Part shown: positions 38,616 through 46,426 of the stretch, one piece after another
How the letters are laid out: the number at the start of each line of letters is the position of its first letter
Position numbering within the stretch: position 1 is the stretch's first letter
Assembly (NCBI GenBank): GCA_963708185.1
Contig: OY970195.1
Span: forward strand, 192,001 to 256,000
DNA length: 64,000 nt
From: Candidatus Peregrinibacteria bacterium
Lineage (GTDB): Bacteria; Patescibacteriota; Gracilibacteria; UBA1369
Direction: 5' to 3'
Position numbers and translations under genes: made by a program
Notes under the pieces: model-generated
Told to the model about the DNA's origin: nothing
The model's database searches: none
The model's input: only the letters and a program-made list of their open reading frames with translations

Positions 38616-39155
38616 TTAATTTTTTTGCATCGGTTCAAGAAGCACCCCGTTGTGCGATACTGAAGGTTCGGTACATGCGCTGCGGTTAAAACAACATGGT
38701 GATCGTTTCCCGGATTTGAGCTTGGAGAATGTTTTTTCGATCCGAATCTTCCGTGTTTCCGGGTTTTTGGTTGATCGGATCCAGCGGATCCAGTCCCACC
38801 GCGATTTTGTCGTGACATCCAGCCAGAGTTCTTGCGCACGCGGGTCGTCCGCGAGGGCTTTCTTCAGATCCGCCGGGATTTCGGGTTCCGGCCACTCTTC
38901 AGCAGGTTTTATCTCCAGTGTCAGCGTGTCGCCGGTTTTTGATCCTGTGGCTTTTTGCATGGCTTTGTCGAAATTGAACCAGTGGCTTCCTTTGCCGTCA
39001 GGTTCGAGTGGAATTTGAAAGTGCTTACCATTCAATGTCCCTTCGGCCATGCACATTCCGCGTGACGGAAACTTCTCGCTCGCGCTCTTGGGCAGTTCGA
39101 GCAGCGTCCACGAACCGATTTTTACCAGTTGAGCTTTACAATGGATGGTCGACAT
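38616..39155 (-). CDS. DUF1905 + YdeI/OmpD-associated family protein
   Basis: LPKSAS..PSRG, LEPDGKGSHW, PADLKKAL, WIRWIRSTKNPETR. Confidence 0.9.
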   Translation of the reverse strand: MSTIHCKAQLVKIGSWTLLELPKSASEKFPSRGMCMAEGTLNGKHFQIPLEPDGKGSHWFNFDKAMQKATGSKTGDTLTLEIKPAEEWPEPEIPADLKKALADDPRAQELWLDVTTKSRWDWIRWIRSTKNPETRKIRIEKTFSKLKSGKRSPCCFNRSACTEPSVSHNGVLLEPMQKN

Positions 39156-39267
39156 CTTTTTGCACCTTAAAAACATTGTTATTGTAGCATATCTATTTTG
39201 GGCATTGACAATCATTCTTTATGTGTTAAATTATTTTTCCTTGATTTACGATCTATAGCTGTTTTTC

Positions 39268-41025
39268 ATGGAGGAAGGAAAATTTAAAAGTTACAGGGAG
39301 ACCGAAGGGCTGGATTCATTGTTCATGGAAATCCAGGGATATTTTGACCATCTTTATCAATCGGTAAGGGAGAGGCGCAGTGTTGAAAGTTTTGCGGGCA
39401 TGGATATGTCTCAGGATAATAAAAAACTCACAGAGATTCTGGATAAACTCAATCTTGGATTGGACCCGCTCCGCAAATCCGAAGGAGAGGTCCGAGAAGA
39501 GCACATCATCGTCTTTATTGACGCTGTTCTTGAACTGCTGACTTTTATCGGCAATAAAGGGTCCATAAAGGACCCGCTGAAAGCAAAAATCGATACAATG
39601 CTTTACAAGGAAAACGAGGTTTTTGGTCGAAGAAATCAGCGGCGAGATAAGTTAATGCTCCTATTATCTGTCGCCGGTACCTCGTTGGAGGTTTGTTCCT
39701 TCAATATGGTCCATACCGCTATTTTTGCTCTCAATGCTTACCTCACGGGAGGAATGGCCCGTTCCGATCAAGCAATAACCAGCGATCCGCGGATGGTAGG
39801 TATTGCACGGACTCAGTTCGTGGATACTTTGGTCGAAAAAACCGGTAGGACTCCGCCGCAAATGTTCGCATATATCAACAGGGTCAGGACTTATCTTTTG
39901 GCTGCCGGACTCACTTTCATGACGGTTAATTCTTTCAGAAGCACGGCGTCGCATCATACGCTGGGAGAGGTTATCAGTTCTGTTTCTCATCCTTCTCACG
40001 CCAAAATTGATGCTCGTGAGCGAACTGAATTCCTTTTAGAATTTGCGCTTTCCATTATCCGCGTGTTTCTCTTAACATCCATGGCGAGGCGTTTAGGTGA
40101 TATCGTCAGAACTTCCTCCCTTGTTGATTATGCCGCTTACCAGCGTTTTAAATTGGGAGAATTTGAGTCGGAAAGGCTCGATTCATCCCAACTCAAGAAT
40201 TTAAAGAAACTTTTTTTAGAGTTACAGGCGGCGTTGAAGCGTATGAGCAAGGATGACGGTTATGATCCCACGCCGCTCATCGAAAAAATTAAGGAAGGGT
40301 TTGAGGCCGTAGTCCAAGGCCAAACCGTTTATGTAAAAGATTTTTTGAAATCAAGCAGAAGGATTGTCCATGAAGATTACAAACGGAAAGTCGTTCTTAG
40401 AAACACGGGAAAAAGCGATTCAGCCATACGACAAGGTACCAGTAAAAAGATTGTGAACGTCGCCCGGTTTGAATTGCCGCTCATCAGAAAAAAGCTTTCA
40501 CGTGAGGAAAGAAAAGAACTTTATGCCAGAAATAAAGCGGTTGCAAAAATGCATGATCACGACCAGCCGGTGGAACCGGTCATTCCGGAAAAAAATAGTG
40601 GCGATTTTTCCCAGGTTTGTTACCAGCCCACAAACGATGGGGCAGAAACGATCAGTGGACGAGAACAGATGATACGGAATATCGATTTCCACAGGACATT
40701 GGATGGCATCCAGTTCCGGAAATTTTTAAAGGCAATGTCATTTCAACAAACAGAAGGAGGCAAAGGAAGCCATGAAAAGTATGCTCTTGAAATCGGCGGT
40801 GGAACGCTTATTGTTGTCCTTTCACGCAAATTCGACCGTTTTAATGATAATATTATTAAGAATGATATCTTGAGAAAACCGCCATATCTGAATCCGGAAT
40901 GGGTTTACTGGCAATATTGTGAACAGTTTTCCTTCCCCGAATCCATAAGCGCTTACCAGAAGCTTTTTGGAAAAGAGTTTGATTCCAAGAACCAGCCATC
41001 TCCATTGAAACAGGGAACTGAATAA
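39268..41025 (+). CDS. Hypothetical membrane-associated protein with a C-terminal HicA-like domain
   Basis: 585-aa ORF with hydrophobic central helices; FRKFLKAMSF..GGKGSHEKY near the C-terminus; TTGACA promoter at 39205. Confidence 0.7.
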   Translation: MEEGKFKSYRETEGLDSLFMEIQGYFDHLYQSVRERRSVESFAGMDMSQDNKKLTEILDKLNLGLDPLRKSEGEVREEHIIVFIDAVLELLTFIGNKGSIKDPLKAKIDTMLYKENEVFGRRNQRRDKLMLLLSVAGTSLEVCSFNMVHTAIFALNAYLTGGMARSDQAITSDPRMVGIARTQFVDTLVEKTGRTPPQMFAYINRVRTYLLAAGLTFMTVNSFRSTASHHTLGEVISSVSHPSHAKIDARERTEFLLEFALSIIRVFLLTSMARRLGDIVRTSSLVDYAAYQRFKLGEFESERLDSSQLKNLKKLFLELQAALKRMSKDDGYDPTPLIEKIKEGFEAVVQGQTVYVKDFLKSSRRIVHEDYKRKVVLRNTGKSDSAIRQGTSKKIVNVARFELPLIRKKLSREERKELYARNKAVAKMHDHDQPVEPVIPEKNSGDFSQVCYQPTNDGAETISGREQMIRNIDFHRTLDGIQFRKFLKAMSFQQTEGGKGSHEKYALEIGGGTLIVVLSRKFDRFNDNIIKNDILRKPPYLNPEWVYWQYCEQFSFPESISAYQKLFGKEFDSKNQPSPLKQGTE

Positions 41026-41071
41026 AAAATTGGCTCCCCCGACTGGGCTCGAACCAGTGACCTACCGGTTA

Positions 41072-41582
41072 CACGTATCTCTATGTTTCCATAAAGGGTG
41101 GACTATATCTTCACCTTTCCCGCTTATGGCGGGATTCAGGTGCGTCTGTATCTAGTCTCTACGGTGCCCCTCACATTTTCGAGGGTTCCCACGGTATTGG
41201 CTTGGTCGTGTCGCGACGTTAGCTTTCACCGTTATCCAGACGAGTTTCATCCCCGATTTCGCGGGGAAGCTGCGTTATGCCATTTTCGACCTCACGGTGA
41301 CAATTCGCACAAAGTAAGACACAGATATCGAGTTCCTTTTGTACCTTTTTCCAACTTCTTGTGTATCCCTTTGCAGAGATGCCAAAATTTTTTTCGTTGA
41401 GAAAATGGTGGAACTCGAGTGCTTCGATGCACGTATTGTAGCCGCAAAGCTGACACTGGCCGCCTTTATACTCAAGTGCTTGTTGCCGGAGCAGTTTCCT
41501 GCGTTTGGCTACAGCTTGTTTCAAGTATTCAGCGCGGTCGGCATAGGATCTTTTATCTTTCATTGAGAGAAGATAGTGTTTC
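41072..41582 (-). mobile_element. Group I intron (511 nt) in the tRNA-Asn anticodon
   Basis: 5' exon ends in U and intron ends in G; IGS GCAGC (41269-41273) pairs with exon GCTGT giving a U.G pair at the splice site; R element GTAGAGACTA and S element GAAGATATAGTCC form P7. Confidence 0.93.
41219..41563 (-). CDS. Intron-encoded HNH homing endonuclease (114 aa)
   Basis: KGGQCQLCGY..LEFHH..CVLLCANCHRE; starts at ATG 41563 in the P1 loop. Confidence 0.88.
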   Translation of the reverse strand: MKDKRSYADRAEYLKQAVAKRRKLLRQQALEYKGGQCQLCGYNTCIEALEFHHFLNEKNFGISAKGYTRSWKKVQKELDICVLLCANCHREVENGITQLPREIGDETRLDNGES

Positions 41583-41725
41583 ACAGCCGGTTGCTCTACC
41601 ACTGAGCTACAGGGGAATGCCGGGTTTTCAATAGGCGCGGAACGGCGCCGAACAAGATGGAAAATCGGCTCCAAGAATGGAGCACGGATACTATAGCCAA
41701 GCTGCAGGTAATTTTCAACGCAATT

Positions 41726-42973
41726 TTATGTGCTGACGAATTTCCAGATTTCGCGACAGACGATCTGGTCCGGACGGTCGTAGATGAGGCCATAACGCTG
41801 GTAGACTTTGAGTCCGAATTTTTTGCTGATGTCCCCCGGAATGATCGGTTCGGCCTTGAAGCCGAGCTTGGCGATATCCTCCACAAGGTTTTCAAGGAAG
41901 AAATAGCGGTCTTTGCGTTTGTAGGCGAGCAGGCTGATCACTACGGGAGTGTCTTTCTTGATGAGGGGTTTGATCGCTTTAAAGAACCGGAACAGGGTTT
42001 CGCGGATGTTGCTGAAGGTTTTTCGCATATTTTCCGGGATGGGGAACTGGCTGACCGGAGGTCCAAGGTAGGATTCAGTGACGATGATGTCCGGAGTTTT
42101 GGGGAGATCTTTTGAGGTAATCTGGGTGGCGTCTTTGGCAAAAAGTTTGGGCTGTGAAGCAATGATGTTGTATTTCTGGAGCATCCAGTCGATGTTTTTT
42201 TGCGCTTTTGCGAGCGCTTCCTGGCTGATGTCGGAACCCATGACTTTATATCCCATGAGCAGCCCTTCGGTGAGGATGGTCCCTACGCCGGTGAAGGGAT
42301 CGTACAGCAGTTTGTCGGTTTTGACGGGTTCCTCCATTGCGGTGACGCCGGAGAGGTTGATCATGATCTGGGCCAGTTTTGGCGGCAGCATACCGAGTCG
42401 GGGATCTCTTCCCGGGCGGTCGTAGTCGCGTTGGCTGTATTTTTCAATATCCTGGAGGGCGACGGTTCGACCGTAAAAATAGTGGTGATTGCCCTGGATA
42501 ATGCTGATATGAGCCCCATCACGGATGAGTTTTTCACCATGGATGGCGGCGTTTTCCACGTTCTTGAAGTTTTTGTTGACGAAGCGGCTTTTGAGGCCGG
42601 CTTTGACGAGCTCTTTTTTGAGCTGAATTAAGGATTTTTTTAAAATTTCTTCATGTCTTTCTGTAAAACTGAAGATGCTTACTCCGTAATTGAGCTTGTT
42701 CGGTCTTCCCTGAAACGTCGTTGTCAGGAATTCGCCCACTGCCGGGACGATGGCAGTTTTTTCTTTCTTTGATTGGGTGAAAACTTCCGCAATGCTGATT
42801 GTTCCGCCAAGACGGTCCAGGCTCGATTGCGGGTTGGTCAGCGGATGGGGCAGCTCGGCGATGAGCGCTTCGGGGACGATATCGATAATTTTTGCTTCCC
42901 GGCCCAGCACGCTGCAGAGTTCCGCAATGGAAAGTTGGTGCTTGCGCCCGAGAATGAATGCGTACATTGCCAT
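41726..42973 (-). CDS. Trm11-like SAM-dependent RNA methyltransferase
   Basis: GMLPPKLAQIMINL, YDPFTGVGTIL, GSDI, DAT, IVTESYLGP. Confidence 0.85.
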   Translation of the reverse strand: MAMYAFILGRKHQLSIAELCSVLGREAKIIDIVPEALIAELPHPLTNPQSSLDRLGGTISIAEVFTQSKKEKTAIVPAVGEFLTTTFQGRPNKLNYGVSIFSFTERHEEILKKSLIQLKKELVKAGLKSRFVNKNFKNVENAAIHGEKLIRDGAHISIIQGNHHYFYGRTVALQDIEKYSQRDYDRPGRDPRLGMLPPKLAQIMINLSGVTAMEEPVKTDKLLYDPFTGVGTILTEGLLMGYKVMGSDISQEALAKAQKNIDWMLQKYNIIASQPKLFAKDATQITSKDLPKTPDIIVTESYLGPPVSQFPIPENMRKTFSNIRETLFRFFKAIKPLIKKDTPVVISLLAYKRKDRYFFLENLVEDIAKLGFKAEPIIPGDISKKFGLKVYQRYGLIYDRPDQIVCREIWKFVST

Positions 42974-42997
42974 ACCCGTGTATCATTTCATGTTTTT

Positions 42998-43207
42998 ATG
43001 AAAAAGCAACAGCAAACTGTTCCTTCAGGGCTTTTGCCGCAGGTTTTGTCCAGGCGTACGATAACGGTCTGTGCGGCTGCGGGGTTTGCGGTCGTGCTTT
43101 TAGCTTTTGGATACGGGTATTTTTTTGGGAGATACCAGCAGATTCAGATCAATAAATCCGTTTTGAAGCCCATCCCGGACGTGAATTGTTCACAAGAAGT
43201 CCATTAA
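42998..43207 (+). CDS. Small membrane protein (69 aa)
   Basis: ATG after a T-rich leader; single TM helix (AAAGFAVVLLAFGYGYFFG). Confidence 0.6.
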   Translation: MKKQQQTVPSGLLPQVLSRRTITVCAAAGFAVVLLAFGYGYFFGRYQQIQINKSVLKPIPDVNCSQEVH

Positions 43208-43292
43208 AGAATTTTGGCAAGCGTAACTTGTTGTTTTGATATGGCTGAGTTTATATAGTAAGCCATGTTTTTAGTTTTTAATCTCGAACAGT

Positions 43293-43799
43293 ATGGCAAT
43301 GTCTTTGAACCGCGCCCAGATTATCGGAAACGTGACCCGCGATCCCGAACTCCGTCAGATTCCCGGGGGACAGACCGTGGCAAGTTTCAGCGTGGCGACG
43401 AATTTCGTGTGGACCGATCAGTCCGGTCAAAAACAGGAAAGAGCTGAATTTCATAATATTGTGGCGTGGCGCAAGCTCGCCGAAATCGTCGGGCAGTTTG
43501 TGAAGAAGGGGAGTAAAGTCTACGTGGAAGGCCGCATCCAGACCCGCGATTGGGAGGGTGAAGACGGCGTCAAACGCTACCGCACAGAAATCGTCGCCGA
43601 AAACGTCATCATGCTCGACCGTAAAGGCAGCAGCGGTGACGGTGAAATGGGAGGTTATACCGGTGCTCCTCGCAGGGCAGCTGGCATCCAACAGAACCAA
43701 CAGGCAGAGAACCAGCCAGCGGAATCAGGCGGAGACATGGAGAACGCTCCGCAGTCCGCTCCTCAGGATGAAGTGGCCATTGAGGATCTGCCGTTTTAG
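43293..43799 (+). CDS. ssb: Single-stranded DNA-binding protein
   Basis: LNRAQIIGNVTRDPELR, KGSKVYVEGRIQTR, acidic C-terminal DLPF. Confidence 0.98.
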   Translation: MAMSLNRAQIIGNVTRDPELRQIPGGQTVASFSVATNFVWTDQSGQKQERAEFHNIVAWRKLAEIVGQFVKKGSKVYVEGRIQTRDWEGEDGVKRYRTEIVAENVIMLDRKGSSGDGEMGGYTGAPRRAAGIQQNQQAENQPAESGGDMENAPQSAPQDEVAIEDLPF

Positions 43800-43831
43800 A
43801 TCCGGCTTTCCCGGTGCATCAATGCATATGG

Positions 43832-43867
43832 AAAAAGGGTCCGGTTTATTCTATAAGCCGGACCCTT
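43832..43867. terminator. Terminator hairpin, probably bidirectional (U-tract on the minus strand)
   Basis: AAAAAGGGTCCGGTTTAT-TCT-ATAAGCCGGACCCTT between ssb and the minus-strand RNA. Confidence 0.8.
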
Positions 43868-44383
43868 CGTAATGCTCGCTGATCTTACCCTATCAGCTGC
43901 TTGTTTGAAGCGCTGAGGATAAAGAAGATCAAGGAGCGATTGGCAACAAGGCTGCGAATAAAGTGTCCCTGTTACCGTCTTCCGGTTAAAAAACTGAAAA
44001 ACATTGCTCCCTACCGTTCTTTGGTGTTTTGTTTTGGGACGCTGGTACACCTGCGTCCTTTTGTGTTTTTGTTTTTTGCGTTTCTCTCCCGGCCGAAGGC
44101 GAGGAGAAGTAAACTTTTTGGTTGAGTGTGTTTTTGATTTTTGTAGGAACCTCCACGTGACCCGCAAAAAAGTTTCTGCGGGAAGTCCGGTGGAGGCTAC
44201 TTTAGGTTGGAGCCAGTTATCGCGCTGGCTGCATCGAAAAGTAGGGAGGCAGAAGCCATTCCCACTGATAGCTTGTGTCTGACTACTTTTCGACGTTTGT
44301 GTTTTCAAGGAGCGGGCGGCGCTATAGAGGGGCGGATTGATAACGTGTCCTGTTTCAGTTCGCTCTTGCGAGCGAAGTTATCC
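43832..44383 (-). ncRNA. Unidentified large structured non-coding RNA (~550 nt)
   Basis: Promoter-to-terminator unit with about 10 helices; G.U pairs and GCAA/UUCG tetraloops all on the minus strand; A/C-rich linkers; boxA-like GCTCCTTGAAAAC. Confidence 0.72.
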
Positions 44384-44387
44384 TAGT

Positions 44388-44416
44388 ATTCTAGCATTTT
44401 TTTCGCTTTTCTTCAA
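44388..44416 (-). promoter_or_regulatory. Sigma70 promoter P2 of the ncRNA
   Basis: TTGAAG-N17-TAGAAT with extended -10 TG. Confidence 0.75.
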
Positions 44417-44489
44417 TGCTCAGAGAGCGGCGGCGGGACGGGTAATTTTTTTTTTGCTATACTCTTTTCAGGTTTTCAGTTATCATATT

Positions 44490-44518
44490 ATTATAAAATA
44501 TTTTTAAGCTTTAGTCAA
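44490..44518 (-). promoter_or_regulatory. Sigma70 promoter P1 of the ncRNA
   Basis: TTGACT-N17-TATAAT. Confidence 0.75.
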
Positions 44519-44535
44519 TTACCCCTGACGCAACA

Positions 44536-45126
44536 ATGAATGGACTTCTGTTTATCATTTCCGGACCCTCTGGCGTCGGCAAGGGGACCGTGATACGGGC
44601 GCTGAAGGAGAAGTATCCGCAGTTTGTTTTTCCGCTTTCCCATACAACGCGCGCCATTCGTCCCGGGGAAAAGGACGGAGAAACGTATCACTTTATTAGT
44701 GTTGAACGTTTTGAGGACGAGATCCACAAAGGGAACTTTCTGGAATGGGCGAAGGTTCACCAAAAGGACTATTACGGTACGTTGAAGAAGCCCATCATGG
44801 ACGCTCTGGAGGCCGGAAAAATTGTCATCCGTGAAGTCGACGTGCAGGGATTTCATTCCATCCGCAACGTGGTACCCAAGGAAAATCTTGTGACGATTTT
44901 TTTGAAAGCCGAGAGTCCGCAGAAACTTCTTGATCGCATTGCCAAGCGCGGGAAATTGCCAGAAGAAGAAATCCAAAGACGTATGGAAAGCGCACAGCAC
45001 GAAATGAAAGATGCTGATCTTTTTGATTATCAGGTGTGGAGTTTGGAAAACCGGATCCCCAAATGCGTGGGCGACGTTGAAAAGATCATTCTGGAGCATA
45101 TTGCCAAGGCGGGCTTGAAGGTTTAA
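44536..45126 (+). CDS. gmk: Guanylate kinase
   Basis: ISGPSGVGKGT, SHTTRAIRPGEKDGETYHF, FLEWA, YYGT. Confidence 0.97.
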   Translation: MNGLLFIISGPSGVGKGTVIRALKEKYPQFVFPLSHTTRAIRPGEKDGETYHFISVERFEDEIHKGNFLEWAKVHQKDYYGTLKKPIMDALEAGKIVIREVDVQGFHSIRNVVPKENLVTIFLKAESPQKLLDRIAKRGKLPEEEIQRRMESAQHEMKDADLFDYQVWSLENRIPKCVGDVEKIILEHIAKAGLKV

Positions 45127-45180
45127 AACTATTTGGGTACAATCCCGGTGCGGGCGTTTTTAGACGTCAGGCAGCAACGC

Positions 45181-45255
45181 TGGGGAATCGCCAAGTGGTA
45201 AGGCACCGCTCTCTGGAAGCGGCATTCGGGGGTTCGAATCCCTCTTCCCCAGCCA
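45181..45255 (+). tRNA. tRNA-Gln(CTG)
   Basis: TGGGGAA/TTCCCCA acceptor stem; CCGCT-CT-CTG-GA-AGCGG; TTCGAAT; CCA. Confidence 0.96.
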
Positions 45256-45271
45256 TTTTTATTTTCAAACT

Positions 45272-45760
45272 ATGGACAAGCGCATTATCAATATTGATGA
45301 ACTTGAATACGCTCCTTTTCCGGGGCCGATGCCCGAGAAAGTAAAAGAGAAATATGAGGGTTCCAAGTTGGCCTGGATCGGACCGATGATCGGTTCTCAA
45401 AAGCTCGGGTATAACGTCACGATCGTCCCGCCGGGGAAACGGGCGTTTCCTTTTCATAGTCATCGCGTGAATGAAGAGATGTTTTTTATTCTTGAAGGAC
45501 AAGGCGAAGTTCGCATCGGAAATGAAGTGTTCCCCATCAAGAAGGGTGATTTTGTCGCTCATCCGCCCGGCGGACCCGAAACAGCTCATCAGATTGTGAA
45601 TACCTCTCAGGAGGATTTGAAGTATCTTGCCGTCAGTACGAAGTTTTCTCCGGAAATCGCCGATTATCCGGATTCGGGAAAATTTGGCGTTTTGGCGGAG
45701 AACTTTCGTTTCCTTGGCCATCCGGGCGACTCTCTTGGGTATTGGGACGGCGAGGAATAG
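45272..45760 (+). CDS. Cupin domain protein
   Basis: PFHSHRVNEEMFFILEG, AHQIVN, YPDSGK. Confidence 0.92.
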   Translation: MDKRIINIDELEYAPFPGPMPEKVKEKYEGSKLAWIGPMIGSQKLGYNVTIVPPGKRAFPFHSHRVNEEMFFILEGQGEVRIGNEVFPIKKGDFVAHPPGGPETAHQIVNTSQEDLKYLAVSTKFSPEIADYPDSGKFGVLAENFRFLGHPGDSLGYWDGEE

Positions 45761-45799
45761 TCGTCCGTCAATTTTTGGATCTCGTTTGTATTTTATGGC

Positions 45800-46396
45800 A
45801 TGATTAACGAAGGTTTTGTCATCGTGGGTGCTCTGATCAGTTTTGTCGGAGGACTCAGCTATTTGATCGATACTGTTTCCGGAAAAACCAAGCCAAATCG
45901 TGTCACGTGGTTGTTGTGGTCGCTGGCTCCGGGGATAGCGTTGGCGGGACAGTTAACTCAGGGAGTCCGGGCGGCTGCGCTTCTTACCTTTATCGTCGCG
46001 TTCAATCCGGCGCTTATTTTTATTGCTTCGTTTTTTAATAAAAAATCTTACTGGAAGTTGACGGGATTTGATTATGTTTGTGGTGCGTTGTCGGTTTTGG
46101 CGATTATCCTTTGGCAAGTTACAAAAGTCGGGAATGTTGCCATCGGACTCAGTATTTTGGCGGATTTTTTTGCAGGTGTCCCGACGATCGTCAAAGCATA
46201 CAGATTTCCCAAAACCGAAAATTATAAAGTATTTTTGGGAGGGGCTGTCGCGGCGATCATTACCTTGCTGACGATCACAACGTGGAATTTTGAAAACTAC
46301 GGATTCGCGGTTTATATTTTGGCGATAAATATTTTACTGGTTTTTTTGATTATGAGCGAAAAGTTTCGTTTTGGTGTTCAGGCAGTGGAAAAATAG
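45800..46396 (+). CDS. Hypothetical multi-pass membrane protein
   Basis: YLIDT..GKTKPNRVTWLLW, ADFFAGVPTIVKA..P..E. Confidence 0.85.
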   Translation: MINEGFVIVGALISFVGGLSYLIDTVSGKTKPNRVTWLLWSLAPGIALAGQLTQGVRAAALLTFIVAFNPALIFIASFFNKKSYWKLTGFDYVCGALSVLAIILWQVTKVGNVAIGLSILADFFAGVPTIVKAYRFPKTENYKVFLGGAVAAIITLLTITTWNFENYGFAVYILAINILLVFLIMSEKFRFGVQAVEK

Positions 46397-46426
46397 AATG
46401 GATGTTTAATATCGCGAAGTTTTTTG

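Larger units (their letters stand above)
41031..41616 (-). tRNA. tRNA-Asn(GTT) interrupted by a group I intron (exons 41616-41583 and 41071-41031)
   Basis: Joined exons TCCCCTGTAGCTCAGTGGTAGAGCAACCGGCTGT|TAACCGGTAGGTCACTGGTTCGAGCCCAGTCGGGGGAGCCA form a complete cloverleaf. Confidence 0.95.

Noticed and set aside
41564-41674. In-frame upstream extension of the HNH ORF through the tRNA 5' exon
   Set aside because: It starts at TTG and translates tRNA sequence; ATG 41563 inside the intron is the more plausible start
43796-44308. 170-aa minus-strand ORF spanning the candidate ncRNA
   Set aside because: It has a TTG start inside the boxA-like element, runs through the terminator, and shows no protein-like pattern; K/T/Q runs come from the A/C linkers, which also suppress stop codons. 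Not formally excluded.
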